Notes: a model not told the origin generated them from the letters alone. A stretch of DNA of 33,916 bases from Octopus bimaculoides (GCF_001194135.2 NC_068981.1:36130570-36164485); one strand, 5' to 3'. Positions 9,781 through 22,462 are shown, counted from the first letter of the stretch. Numbers and translations: made by a program.

Positions 9781-11216
9781 TGAATAATAAAAATCACTTC
9801 ACTATGAATGAACATGAAACTGTAAAAATCCTTCTGTTACAATGAATGAACTATTCTGTTCATGCAAGCATTGGAAAATGAATTTGTAAAGAATCTTCCT
9901 TGTAAGTTGTAGTTTTAACAATATATTTTACCCACAACCACTATTAAAGAAAAAACGCTTAAGCAACATGCAGTCTCATATCTAAATATGTTATAAATAT
10001 TAAAGGCTTGGTGCCAATTTAACTTTAATAAAAAAAAAAACTGAACTGATAATTTTTGTGCAAAGAGTAGCAGTTGATATACTTTTCTCAAACTACTGAA
10101 GATTCTCATTTATTTATATTATAGAATTTTAAATAACACCAATCTTCTTTTAGCATTTTATGAAGGTGGCACCATTTTTTTATAGACAAATATTAGTAGA
10201 ATATGTCTCCAAAGATAAAAAATTTTTCACTGGTTTCTGGTATCATTTTTTAATGGTCTATTCAGTAGGAAGGGCAGTGCTTGTAAACTTCACATATCCT
10301 TCATTACTAAAATTTGATGCCAAGTGTTGTTTGTTTTACAAGCTTCTGCTCTTTCTGTCTTTTGAGCAACAAAACTTATCTAATGATACTATTCATGTTC
10401 CCTTTATGTTTATAGATATAATGTCAACAAGATAAACTCTTCTTTTCATCCCACTGGATCTGATAAAATAAAGTTTTAATCAAGTACTAGAGTCAATTTA
10501 ATATACTTGTAAAACATCTTAAATGAAAATGGAATTAAATCAGTTGACTAAGACAAATACTAAGAATCATCAATCTTCCTAACTTCTATTTGATTAAAAT
10601 CTTTCCTAGAGAGTCCCTCACAAAGTCTTTTGGAGATTTCTCACTTTGCTTTCACATTTTCAAAGATCTGTTTCAGTGTTAAATTTACAAGGATGTCTAC
10701 CAGTGAACAACGAAGTGCTTCATTATTTGCTATTGCTTGAAAACCTACTATTGCTGTTCTCATCACTTATTTGCTATTGAAATATTCATGATAAAACTTT
10801 GATCGTTATTCAGGGCTGATCAAAAACTTAATTCAAGGAATAGACTTAATCTGTCACTGAGCTTAACACTACCACCTGGCATCTTAGATACCTTTAGTGG
10901 AGTCCACACTATTGCAAGCATTTGGGCCAGGTCTCTTATTTGAGGCTACCTTCCTTTCTTCTTACCACAAATCTTTGAGACTATCTAAGGGGTTATGAGC
11001 ACTGACACCCCTCTTGGTTAAAAGTTTAAAAAATGATTACCAGCAATATACTTGTGTTTATTCAATCGAATATACATGCCCTTTTTTCTAAAAGAGACCT
11101 TGTGTATGCTTCATAAAGAAATTGCTATTTAATGATCTTTTTGTTAAAAAAAAACCGAGGGAAGGTTATTTCTAGGCAATAGTTGGTATTTTCCTTTCAT
11201 ATATTAATCTATATGC

Positions 11217-11231
11217 ATGTGTGTATGTGTA

Positions 11232-11283
<52 letters not shown>

Positions 11284-11302
11284 TGTGTGTGTGTGTGTAT
11301 GA

Positions 11303-11383
<81 letters not shown>

Positions 11384-11390
11384 CATACCT
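11217..11390. repeat. Compound (GT)n-(GA)n-(GT)n-(TA)n microsatellite
   Basis: Direct reading; source of five spurious ORFs. Confidence 0.95.
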
Positions 11391-13103
11391 GTGTGTGGTG
11401 GGGATATGAGTGTATGTATGTGTATGCATATCTCATTTATATCAAACTGTTTAGAATCACAAAAATCTTGTAAAATTTTCTCTCAAGTGCAGAAAATATG
11501 TAAAAGAAAATCACAAAAATATATAAGACACTAAAATCAATTTAGAGATACCATCAGCAGCAATGATAACTATAACAACAGTAATATATCATTAATCATA
11601 ATTGGGGATAATAGGGATGCGAATGATAATGATGATAGAGGGGTTATGGCTATGAGTGTACTCATGATGATAGGGGTGATGGATTTTGTTATCATTATGG
11701 TGATATTATGGTGATAAATATGATAGCAGTAATGATAATGATGATGATAACATTGATAAGAATAATGTTAGTATATGATGCTGAAATTTTTTTAAATTAG
11801 AAAATCTCAGAAATTAACTTAATAGGAAATTTTATTTCTAGAAAGTGGAACATAAGTAAATATAATTACTTAGATGGTCGATATGAATGGAAGCAACACT
11901 TAGTGATTAGCAAATGTCAGATTTGCTGAGTAGCTGCATTAGAAGTCAGTAAAAAAGAGAGAAAGGGAGGAGGAGATTCATACTAATATAGACTGCCACA
12001 TCTATATAGATTATAATTTTAAAAAAGAAAACTTGCCAAAACTAAAATATGTTTACATGCAGAAGGCTACAACTATGCCAGGTTGCTGAATCTTGAACTG
12101 CTATGATGCTAGAAGAACCTGAGCCAATATTTTAAAATGATTTAATGGAAGTGGGAAGGAATAAAGGAAGGCAAAAAAAGTGATGTTAGAAAAGATATAG
12201 ATTTTATGAAATAGTGAAACAGGTTTCTAAAATTTGTCTTTGATTATCAGATTAAGAGCATCGAAAAATCATAGTGTCTGCATAAATAATTATCTGTTAC
12301 ATTTTCCCTTCCTGTTTTTTTAGAACATTTAAGGGGGAAAAAACCTAATCATGGAGAAAATGAACCTGCTGGATGTGCAAAAATACTAAATTGTTTCAAG
12401 TTAATAAAATTCTGGCACTGTAAAATATAATGTTCAAAATAAGGTTGTTACCAATATATATTTATTTGATCTTTTAATTTAAAAGATTGTTCAATTGGTA
12501 TTAGCTAATGAATTCAAAAATACTTTCTCAGCAAGAAATATTTACTACATAATCAATTTTTTTCTAAGCAATAGATGCAAGTATTAGCAGGTATTACTTA
12601 TACATTTTATGATTAAGCTGGTTACTGATTCAATATCCATCTACGTTACAAGTACTTGCTCTAGTTGAATAGAAAATTTCGAGCTTGCGGAAACAATCTC
12701 ATTCAAGTAGGCATAGAAAAAACAGTGAATGTGCACAAAATATTTTTAGTTTTCTGAATTGGTATTCGTTAGATGGGTCAAGAAATTGAATTGGGTATCT
12801 ACCTATCCAGCTAGAAAAATGTTTTGTAATGCTTAGTTGACTCTGCAACTTATCTGATGAGATAAAATGCAGAAGTGATTAAGTCATTGGCCTATTAATC
12901 AATAGAGTGAAACTTTAAATCTTGCTTCATTTGATTTGTAATGCACATAATTTTCATTGCTTTTTCTGTTTTAAAAAAGTTACTACTGCGTTGCATGAGA
13001 CATAATATCTAACTATAAAATATTTATAACATTTCAGAATTGTACAAGATTTGAAGGAAAAAATATAAAATTTTAAAATATTGTTATGTTATGTCAAGTG
13101 TGT

Positions 13104-13310
13104 TCAGGTCACACTGGCCGCTCTCCTTCATGCTTCCATGTCCTCCATCATTTCTGTAAAACAGCCTCTTTCAAGGTTTGTGTCATCCAATAACCGCTGC
13201 ACATATGTTCAACAGAGTTGACCTTTTATATTTTTACCACGTAGTGTTTCCAGTAGTAACAGTTGACATACCACCTCATCTATTCTTCACCAACAAATAT
13301 TATTTCTTAC
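13104..13310 (-). mobile_element. Old RTE-like LINE ORF2 C-terminal relic
   Basis: Minus strand reads ICW*RIDEVVCQLLLLETLRGKNIKGQLC*TYVQRLLDDTNLERGCFTEMMEDMEA*RRAASVT*, resembling the HCWR..E....LLLWE..HG....GRP..TY...L..DT...MEDR..WR terminus of RTE-type ORF2. Confidence 0.5.
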
Positions 13311-14011
13311 TAATCATGAAAGCTGAGATTGTTTACAGAAAGAAAGAACAGAAAGGTATACGACTTTATAATGTAAGCAAAACAAAAATTCTATAAATAT
13401 GAATCGAAACTTGGTTAAAGATTTTACTTGCCAGGAACATACTTCTACTTTACATTACTCAGTAAACATTTTTCTGTGCTTCCTATTCTTTTTTTATTTG
13501 AAGTTATATTTCTATGAATGTTAATTCATTTGCCACATTTTTAGTTAACAACATGCAATTTCATATTGTTTGTTGCCTGAATGTACTTGAGAACAAAACC
13601 CAATGATTGATAATTAAGAATAATGTTAGTTGTGAACCACTAAGGAATTTGTGGAGAATTAACTCTATTATTAACTCTATTATTGGCAAATTATCTCAAA
13701 ATGTTCACATTATTTCCATTGGTAACAAAATATATAGACAAACAAACAAAAAAGAACAACATCTCCAAACTGGTAACATTTGTCCATATAAACTAAATAA
13801 ACTATTAGAATATATTTTTCAGATTATTATTCCTTTTCCTATCAATTTATTTTTGTCCCACCCTCTTCCTTTTCTTGTTCTTCCTTTTTATTTTTGTGTA
13901 TATGAGAGGATTGTGTATGTCAGCATTCTGTAAATGCATAGTGACACATGCATACATATACCATGTCTTTTCTATATAATACACATGCATAGAAATTTGC
14001 ACACACACACA

Positions 14012-14122
<111 letters not shown>

Positions 14123-14142
14123 ACATATATATTCATGATATG

Positions 14143-14672
14143 CTGGAGATATGCTGTGACTACGAACTCTCGGCAAATAAAGTGAGTTCACGGCTGTATC
14201 CTACACCAGCTTCACATAATCAGCCCCAGCCCATTCAAAAGTACCTTGGATCATGGACGACATGCTGTGCTTGGGGAGACCTATTGAGTCAAGTACATCA
14301 ACATCAAAACGAAAATCGAATGGAAATTATAGTTGTGATACCCGTGCTGGTGGCACATAAAAAGCACTATCCAAACATGGCTGATGCCAGCGCCACCTTG
14401 ACTGGCTACTGTGCCAGTGACATGTAAAAAACACCAACCAATCATAGCCATTGCGAACCTCCTCTGGCCCCTGTACTGGTGGCACATAAAATGCACCCTC
14501 TACACACACGGAGTGGTTGGCGTTAGGAAGGGCATGCAGCTGTAGAAACACTGCCAGATCAGACTGGAGCCTGGTGCAACCTCCTGGCTTCCCAGACCCC
14601 AGTCGAACTGTCCAACCCATGCTAGCATGGAAAACAGAGGTTCAAAGATGATGATGATGATGATGATGATAC
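14143..14672 (+). mobile_element. RTE LINE 3' end (last ORF2 codons, hairpin-repeat 3' UTR, (GAT)n tail); divergent subfamily
   Basis: Colinear with 2140-2678: cccattcaaaag.., gatgccagc..actggc, ggcacataaaa, aggaagggcat.cagctgtagaaa, ccaacccatgctagcatggaaaac, (gat)n. Confidence 0.85.
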
Positions 14673-14834
14673 ACATATTCACATACATTCACACACACAT
14701 ACACACACACACACATATCACATATACATATATACATGTGAGATATATATGTATATGTCTATGTATGTATAAGCACTCAGTGAGCTTGACACACTCATAT
14801 TTATATAAGGAAAAAACCCATTTTGCTCACTTAC

Positions 14835-14921
14835 TTTGAGAATAATATCAGCATAATGCATTTCTTCTACACTACTTATATTTTCTCCAAAAATAACATT
14901 ATCAAATGCAAAGGTTTGAGG
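14835..14921 (-). CDS. Internal coding exon of unidentified minus-strand gene (PQTFAFDNVIFGENISSVEEMHYADIILK), phase 0-0
   Basis: Acceptor aactcaccatttgctttAG, donor AAA|GTAAGT, 87 nt stop-free, in phase with the exon at 16169-16287. Confidence 0.7.
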
Positions 14922-16168
14922 CTAAAGCAAATGGTGAGTTTTAAAATAAAATATATTCATAAATTGTATAGTGAATTCCCAAAGGGTTTTTCGATTGCAT
15001 TGCTACGAATATTGATCTTGCTGCTGAAGGCCAAGCCACATCAATTCATCAGTTCTTTCTCTCTTGCTTTTTAGCGTTACTCTTTCAAAGGAAAGAAAAA
15101 AATTACTAAGGTAAAAACAACAGAAACAAAATGGAGGATCAAATTTGCAAAGGAAGGGAGAACTGAAAACAACTTGTAGTTTAAAGCATGAGGAAAATTT
15201 GCATCAAGCTCCAATCCAGTGTGCTTAGTAGAATACAAAATAACACCTTTGTTTTTTTTTTGTTGTTGTTGGGTTTTTATTTTGTTATCTAGAGTATATT
15301 TTCCTCTTTTATTCATGATCAAGAATTTTTTCTTTTATTTATTCTCATCAGTAGCTGAGAGGCATATAAAATGGTGCCATGTGGTCTGTGGCTCAGATAT
15401 ATTTTGTTGTATTTTCTCTGAGTTTGCTTATTACTTTTGTATTGAATTTTTCTGCTATTGAATACCTGATCAATACTGAAGGAAAATAAATAAATGTTTC
15501 TTATTTTAAGGTAGTCACAAAAAATGTAAATATAGAAATTTCAAAAAGGTAACAATGACAACAACAATAACAACAGCACCAACAATGATGGCAATGATGA
15601 TGATGGTCATGATGATGATAATTGTGATGATGACTATGATATAAATAGAAAATTAACCATGTTTGAAAACATAAGAAATGCCATCACTTGTATGCTTAAT
15701 GTTTTGTACAATTTTCCAAACTTATTGACTTATCATAAGTAAAAGTATATGCAGTAACTTTCAAATACCGTACCAAAGGAAGTCTCTGTGTATTTTGGTA
15801 ACTATGTATTATATATTATGTATCATACATTTCATAGTGACTATGGTTGCTTTGATATATTTTGGTAACTATGGTGGCTGTGAATGCAATAATACTGAAT
15901 AATATCGAATAATAATGCATTGAATGAGCAGGAAATTGAAATAAACTATTTAAGCCACATTGCTGACCTTATAGAAAGAACTTACACTTAAAATAAATAG
16001 CTACAAAAGATAGCAATCTGTAGTATTCATGAAAAGTTTACATTTTACAACAAAACTGACATATTTAATGGCTTCAAATAATGAATGATTATTGATTATA
16101 AACAATTAGAATAAGATTTTTAAATTGAAATTGGAACAATTTCCTTTCTATCCATTCTGAAAGCACAC

Positions 16169-16287
16169 TCTATTGATTATTGCAGTGAGTAGGTTTGGGA
16201 CTGTATGCCGCCATCTCTCATGCATTCTAGTAACAGCAGACAATTCTATTTTGACTTCCAGCAATATTGATTCTAACTTGCTAAATT
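16169..16287 (-). CDS. Internal coding exon (xFSKLESILLEVKIELSAVTRMHERWRHTVPNLLTAIINR), phase 1-0
   Basis: Very long polypyrimidine acceptor ...ttgatttttgtttcttttttAG; only one frame open; donor AGA|GTGTGC; joins 14921 in frame. Confidence 0.65.
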
Positions 16288-17000
16288 CTAAAAAAGAAAC
16301 AAAAATCAACAATAAACAAAGAAAAAAGAAGTTGACAAGGAGATGGATGTTTCCTTCTATTACCAGGTAAAAGTGTGGACAATTTGTTACAAAAACAAGC
16401 CTGTTAGATTTACTTGAATTGCAAGTAGGAAATCAAATGGGAGTGGGGCAGTGAAAGTTTTCACTTTGCTACATAATGGTATTGTCATCTCTTAACTCTA
16501 TTGCACTTCATCTAGTGTGAACACTCTAGCTAACTGTTAGGAAACAGTATTAATTGCATGATAAGCTCAATAATCGAAACATCAAGACACAAACTTCCAC
16601 CAAATTTAAATGTCTGATATTATGTTGTTAAATTAATCATTAATCTAAAATAGAAAATAAGAAAATAGACATTTAATTTGTATCACAGTCTAATCTTATT
16701 TCCATCAAGAAGTTTCACACTTTTCACTAAAGCTACTTTTGCTTGGCAGCCTTTAACTTTCTTTGCATTTTAACTCATTCAAACCAAATTAGTTACTTTC
16801 TATGAGAAGGTTAGAACACATACATTTTATAATTTACTTGCCTTTAATACTTCATGCACAATTTTTGTTTTTCTTGTGAAGTATAATTTATTTAAGTGTT
16901 TAATTACTTATGCTTTGAACAAGAATGTAAACTGCAAAGTAATTTCATTGAACTCATGAGTCTAAAATATCATAATTAAAGATTACTGCTATAAAATAAC

Positions 17001-17166
17001 CAATAGAAATTTTTGCCATCATTGACAGAATTGTCAGAGAAGTGGACAAAATGTCTTGTTTCATTTTTTGCATGTTGTTTGCAAGATTCTTTATGTGAAT
17101 TCGTGTGCTGAAGCATATTTCATTGTGTCTAGGGAAATACACATAGAAGGTATCATACCCCAATAC
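17001..17166 (-). CDS. Internal coding exon (VLGYDTFYVYFPRHNEICFSTRIHIKNLANNMQKMKQDILSTSLTILSMMAKISI), phase 0-1; donor uncertain
   Basis: Perfect TACTAAC branch point (17202-17196) upstream of ctgcAG; single long open frame. The only phase-1 donor that joins 16287 is the weak TTG|GTTATT. Confidence 0.55.
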
Positions 17167-17209
17167 CTGCAGTTTATATATGCACAGACAGTGTTGTTAG
17201 TAGGCCATT

Positions 17210-17218
17210 ATGTAGGGG

Positions 17219-17269
<51 letters not shown>

Positions 17270-17810
17270 GTGCATGTGTATGTGTATATATATGAGGATA
17301 CGTATATGGACAGATATACAGATAGATAGGTACATAGAAAATATGGACAGATGAACGCATACATACATACATACATGCATACATACATACATACATACAA
17401 ATAAAGACTGAATCACATGACCATATACACACACATGCACACTTCACACAAGATCACATGGAGACACACATCCATACATAATAGATGCACATACATAGTC
17501 ACACAAACCCATACACAGACACACTCAAACATGCACACACAAGGAAACTGAGGTACACACACAAATACACACACAAGCACATGAATATACAGAATACATA
17601 CATACATACATACAAACCTGCACATATGCAAACATATATATAGAAATGCATACATACACATACATGCAGAGCACATACATACAAATCTGCATACATGCAT
17701 ATATATATATATGCATACACATACATGCATACACACACATATATACACATATACATACATACACACATACATGTATATGTGCATGCACACTGATGCACAT
17801 GCATACAAAA
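17210..17810. repeat. Degenerate CA/TA/CATA low-complexity field
   Basis: Direct reading; source of many spurious ORFs. Confidence 0.9.
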
Positions 17811-17974
17811 AAAAAAGAACGCAATTCTGATAATGGGCAGAATCAATGTCTATTGAAAAAGTTGCAAGTTGCAACAAAAATTTTAGTAAAAAATAATTAA
17901 TGAGTGGAAATCAGACCAGTGAGTGTGTTAAATTAATAAGGCACTAAAAGGGAATGACTCTCCCCAGGCACAAT

Positions 17975-18143
17975 AGAAAAAATACCTTGTGGTATTTAGT
18001 TACAGCTCTTTACAGCCTGACTTTATATCCTTTCAAAATCGATTTGCTTTTCATCCTTCTAGTACTAATCAGATATTGGGGTTGTTACAATTGACTGCAT
18101 CCTCTCACCCAAATTTTTAACCTTGTGCCTGAATCACAGATAT
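17975..18143 (+). mobile_element. Degenerate SINE family A
   Basis: tcgatttgcttttcatccttc core and aaccttgtgcct tail resemble 3866-4091. Confidence 0.45.
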
Positions 18144-18454
18144 AACTTGAGAGTAAATTGTTCTTTTGCTAGGCAGAAGGCCAGTTTTCTTATAATCTAT
18201 TGAACTGAGTCTATTGTATAAATGGTAATATATTTAACAAATTCTACCAAATATCCTTGCAGGATATTCTCAAAATGCTACTGGGTAAAAGTAATTGCTA
18301 TGAAATATTTACTCTATTAATCTAGCATTTCTAACTTCCACACATCACATATTTTCATTTATTTTTATATTGCACTTTGTGAAATATAATATTACACATA
18401 CACACACACTTACATATGTATCCAAACACACACATATTTGCATGTTGGATTCTG

Positions 18455-18600
18455 CACAGCTTCTGTTACACAAATTCTACTTGTATGGTATTGACCAAGC
18501 TGAGGCAAGGATAAAAGACATTTGCTTGAAGTGTTATATTGTAGGTCTGAGGCAAGAATCATGCTGATATAAAGCAAATTTTGTAACTATACAACCCTAT
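18455..18600 (-). mobile_element. Degenerate SINE family B
   Basis: Reverse complement (aacacttcaagcaaatgtctttt...tagaatttg) is colinear with 20716-20872. Confidence 0.45.
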
Positions 18601-18691
18601 TTCATAGACTATTTTTATTAAACATTTTCTATATTCATTCTTGATTGCAATGTTTGTATGTCTATGTTACTCATTTCTGTAACTTAATAAA

Positions 18692-18905
18692 CAAGAGGCA
18701 GAATCATTATAGCATTAGTTAAAATGGACTGTAGCATTTGATCTGGCTTGCTACATTCTGAATTCAAATCCCAATGAGGTCAACTTTGTCTTTCATTTCT
18801 CCAGGTCAACAAAATAATCTATCTATCAGATATTGGCGTTGATTTAATTTACTAATCCATCTCCACAAAACTGCAGGGCTTGTGCTTCAATCAGAAATCA
18901 TTATT
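18692..18905 (+). mobile_element. SINE family A, diverged
   Basis: ggcagaatcatt head, gaattcaaatcc B-box, gaggtcaactttgtctttcat core, gggcttgtgct tail. Confidence 0.7.
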
Positions 18906-19329
18906 TAATAATGAATCATGTTGTTTTATTGCATCATTTCACATTGTCACTGAAAAAAATTGTGATGGTTGAGTTGACACTGTGTTAATCTTTTGACTGA
19001 TGAATCACAAGTTTACATCCTATTTCCTTGCTTTGTGTTAATCATTGATTTCCTTCTGCCACACTTACTGCCATTAGAGAAAGCATGTAAGAGAAAAATT
19101 TGCTTAGCAGCAGATTACCTAATTTATCAGTAAGTGATACATAGTAGATGGTTTAAGAAACTAAAAGCAAAATAACTTTATTTCAGCTTTCTCTACACAG
19201 GTTACATAACTTTGTCTTACAAGTATTTCATAACAATTGTATAGATGTAATTATTATTATTAAGAAATTCTCCTTCTCTTCCTCCTTAGCACAACCACTA
19301 CCATCATCACCATCATTACGTATTCAAGA

Positions 19330-19465
19330 AGCCTGCTGTACAACTACATGGTTTTGGGTTCAGTTGCACTGTATGACAACCTGGAGTCTTCTGATCTAGC
19401 TCCAGGCCAAGTAATATCTTGTGAGCTTGGTAGACAGAAACTGCAGAAAGCCTACCATATGCTTT
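19330..19465 (+). mobile_element. SINE family B, diverged
   Basis: acatggttttgggttcagttgcactg B-box region and ttggtagacagaaactgcagaaagcc, as in 20716-20872. Confidence 0.6.
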
Positions 19466-19780
19466 ATATATATATATATAAGTTATAAATGACAAATAAA
19501 TAGGATGATGAAAATTTATTTAACAATAAGAAAATTCAAATATCAAGACAAATTGTTTCATAATTTAAAACATGTGAAGATAATTTATATTACTATATCT
19601 AATATTAAGTATATTATTTTCATGTCTGCATTAATGCAAAATGCAAAAAAATCTATTATATTCTATATTTTCTATATGTTTTGTAGAATGAGCTTTTTTA
19701 TGAGTACTACCAGATAACTTGAATTCATATACTGTGACTTGAATATATATATATGTTTATATATATATTGTCCTTATCAT

Positions 19781-19918
19781 CATCATCACCATCTTCATTA
19801 TCATCATTTAGCGCTCATTTTCCATATTGGCATGGGTTGACAGGAGTGAAGAAGCCAAAGTACTCTACCAAGCTCTACTGTCTGCTTTGGCATGGTTTCT
19901 ATAGTTGGATGCCATTCC
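19781..19918 (-). mobile_element. RTE-type 3' tail fragment
   Basis: Reverse complement aggaatggcatccaactatagaaaccatgcc...tcaacccatgccaatatggaaaat..gctaaatgatga matches the RTE terminus at 14520-14660 and 33365-33516. Confidence 0.75.
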
Positions 19919-20070
19919 TATATATACATACATGTATACATACATACATATGTGTGTGTGCGTGCATGCACACACACACACACACACACATATAGGCTGA
20001 GGTTCATTACAGCTGTTTCAGACGTTTTTTTATTGATGAACAAATCAATTACAACATTTAAAAAAAGTAC

Positions 20071-20086
20071 CTTGATTCTATTGGAT
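20071..20086 (-). CDS. Speculative 16-nt microexon (x-SNRIK), phase 2-0
   Basis: attatttttaAG|atccaatagaatcaag|GTACTT; exactly supplies the phase needed between exons 21596 and 17166. Confidence 0.25.
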
Positions 20087-20214
20087 CTTAAAAATAATTA
20101 CATCTGTGTGTGTGTACACACACATGTGCAAATGTGCATAAATGTTTTCATTCCTTGATATTACGACTGTGTTTTCAAAGACCACTGGAAAAAATACTTT
20201 ATTAGAAAACAGTA

Positions 20215-20310
20215 AGGGCTAGTGACATGAGCATCCAGCCGTAAAATCCTACCTTAGTATCTCTCCATCTAATGCAAGCTAAGTTGGAAACAAGGATGTT
20301 AAATGAACAA
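20215..20310 (+). mobile_element. Degenerate RTE-type 3' tail
   Basis: gcatccagccgtaaaa...ggatgttaaatga. Confidence 0.5.
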
Positions 20311-20339
20311 AGTTATATACTTGTTTAATGCTTAAGTCA

Positions 20340-20505
20340 CTAATTTCTGGCAGAGAAAACAGTCAGTTACATTAACTCCAATGCTCAACAGGTATCAGAA
20401 AAATTGACAAAGCTGAGTTCTACAGGATTCATAATCAGTGCATAATGGACCTAAATTTAAATAACTCACATCATTTTGTCCAGTGCTCTAACAATTATAT
20501 TAATC
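20340..20505 (-). mobile_element. Degenerate SINE family A
   Basis: cattttgtccagtgctctaacaatt matches the reversed head at 22554-22580. Confidence 0.4.
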
Positions 20506-20715
20506 ACCATCATAGAACTTGCTGTTGTTTAGACCTAAGTCAACACTGAATGACCAGACCTATGACCAAAAGCATTTCATTTGTGGCCAACGTGCACTAT
20601 ATATATATATACATGCAGGACTGTTTTACTCAATGTACTGTTTCCTTATTTAAGATAGTAGAGTGTGACCCAAGGGGGACATTATAGCAGATTGAAAACC
20701 ATGCAGGGGCTACTT

Positions 20716-20872
20716 AGACATGGGTGTGTAGTTAAGGTGTTTGCTTCCTCATTACATGGTTTTAGCTTCAGTTCTACTACATAACATCTCAGGCAAGTGT
20801 CTTTTACTATGGTCCTGGCTGACTAAAGCCTTGTGAATGGATTTGGTAGGTGGAAACTGAAAGAAGCCTGCC
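20716..20872 (+). mobile_element. tRNA-headed SINE family B (CORE-like body; resembles octopus OR-type SINEs)
   Basis: Head gggtgtgtagttaag...gcttcagttc; body caggcaagtgtctt; aaagccttgtgaatggatttggtagg.ggaaactgaaagaag shared with 26417-26457; followed by microsatellite. Family name is from memory and unverified. Confidence 0.75.
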
Positions 20873-20958
20873 ACACACACACACACACGTGTAATGTATA
20901 TGTAATATGTTTGTGTGTGTGTGTGTATGTGTATATATATATATATGTATGTATGTAC

Positions 20959-20989
<31 letters not shown>

Positions 20990-21004
20990 TATACACACAT
21001 ATAT

Positions 21005-21258
21005 GTGCGCTGGAAGAGAAGCAATCACCCATGCATACTTGTCTCCCCTCTCCATGCCACCATTGTTGTCCAAGGGAAAGGCAAAGACTGATACAGCCTT
21101 GCACCAGTGACGTCACAACTCATTTCTACAGCTGAGTGAACTGGGTCAATGTGAAATAAAGTGCCTTCCTCAAGAACACAACACACAGCCTGGTCTGGGA
21201 ATCAAACTCACAACCATACATTTGTAAGCCCAATGCTCTAAACATTGAACCATGTGCC

Positions 21259-21260
<2 letters not shown>
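21005..21260 (-). mobile_element. tRNA-headed SINE family C with CORE-like central domain
   Basis: Minus strand: ggcacatggttcaatgtttagagc (A-box), gagtttgattccc (B-box), gtgttcttgaggaaggcactttatttcac...cactcagctgtagaaatg. Confidence 0.7.
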
Positions 21261-21299
<39 letters not shown>

Positions 21300-21310
21300 A
21301 CACACACACA

Positions 21311-21343
<33 letters not shown>
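21261..21343. repeat. (CA)n microsatellite
   Basis: Direct reading. Confidence 0.95.
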
Positions 21344-21595
21344 GAAAAACATATTGGTGCAGATCATGTTCTAAAGTCCCAATGTAAATTTTAAAGCCTT
21401 GATGACTTTGTAAATGGCAAGATACATTCTTCATCTCCAAAGTTAAATACTCTTCTGTTTATGTAATTTAAAAAAATAATTTGATCCAAATTTATGTAAT
21501 ATTGTCCAGAATCTTAATGAGAACAGCTGATCTGTTCTCATTCAAAATTAGACTGCTTTGAGGCCATCAGAGTTCAGTTCTTTTATTATACTTAC

Positions 21596-21671
21596 AAAAC
21601 TTGTGGATAAATGAAACAATACAGAAATTTGAAGTAGTTGTGTTTAGTGCTCAGACAGCAATCTATGATAG
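21596..21671 (-). CDS. Internal coding exon (x-IIDCCLSTKHNYFKFLYCFIYPQV-x), phase 1-2
   Basis: Acceptor aattcaatattctccAG, donor TTT|GTAAGT; in phase with 21814-21944 across a 142-nt intron containing tactaat. Confidence 0.55.
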
Positions 21672-21813
21672 CTGGAGAATATTGAATTTTGAACATGTAG
21701 TGATATATCATCTTGAAGTTGTGTCATTAGTATTGTTTTTGACATCCTTGTAATTTTCCTGATTGTCATCTTCATCATAATCATTTATAACATCATTATT
21801 ATTGATTTCTTAC

Positions 21814-21944
21814 TTGGTACAAATTTTTCAAAGGAGTTTAACACTAGATTTTCATGGTCAAAAGGATCAATCTTAATACATATCTGCTGCTTGTTTTCCC
21901 AGGTGGCAAGGTCATCTCCAGTGATACTTGAATTCAAAATGAAA
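21814..21944 (-). CDS. Internal coding exon (x-FILNSSITGDDLATWENKQQICIKIDPFDHENLVLNSFEKFVP-x), phase 2-1
   Basis: Acceptor ccttacactgtttAG, donor CAA|GTAAGA, 131 nt stop-free in AT-rich surroundings. Confidence 0.7.
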
Positions 21945-22462
21945 CTAAACAGTGTAAGGTATTAAGTCCAAAACTATATTTATTCTATGACACTTCCATT
22001 TTCTTGATACAGATATAGATTCTGTTTGTTTCAATTAAGTTGCTTTTAAAATCAAGCATTTGTGGAGATTTAAAAAAAAAAAAATTTTATTTACTGGTAT
22101 ATTAACTCTTAACATGTTATTGAAAGTTTTGTAAATGAAAAGAAAAGTCCAATAATGATTCCATTACAGAACAGAAATGAAGAATAGAGGAAGAAATTTC
22201 TCCTTTGCATTAGAGAGTCCTTCATGTCCTTCAAAATGAATGTAAAAAAATGTTAGTACATTTCAGGATCAGATAACTGATACTGTCCATCTAGAAGAGT
22301 GTCATACAGCAAGTAAGAATTAAGCTGGTATATAGTACGACTTAGCAAAATACAAATGTTTATTAACTTAAATGTGGCATTACCTTTAGAGTAGTAATAA
22401 TTTCTAATATAGACACATAACTACATAGATTGAGAAAGGAATATCTACTTAACTAGAACATA

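Noticed and set aside
10420-12420. Possible downstream or terminal exons (IQWDEKKSLSC*, LLSKSDIC*, CQNFINLKQF...)
   Set aside because: The acceptors are plausible but the peptides are short and several mutually incompatible choices exist; they cannot be distinguished from chance.
12853-12915. CTGATGA...GAAA as a hammerhead ribozyme core
   Set aside because: No supporting stems I-III could be formed around the motifs.
15075-15110. Plus-strand 36-nt micro-exon RYSFKGKKKITK (ttttttAG...AAG|GTAAAA)
   Set aside because: Isolated; no other convincing plus-strand exons, and it lies in an intron of the better-supported minus-strand gene.
19069-19160. Minus-strand AG...GTAAGT unit of 92 nt
   Set aside because: Stops in all three frames.
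21903-21958. Plus-strand exon candidate VARSSPVILEFKMKLNSV
   Set aside because: Overlaps antisense the longer, phase-linked minus-strand exon 21814-21944.
22168-22228. Minus-strand unit x-HEGLSNAKEKFLPLFFISV-x with a TACTAAC branch point
   Set aside because: Phase 1-2 is not compatible with 22949-22849 upstream; kept only as a possible alternative exon and not listed as a feature.
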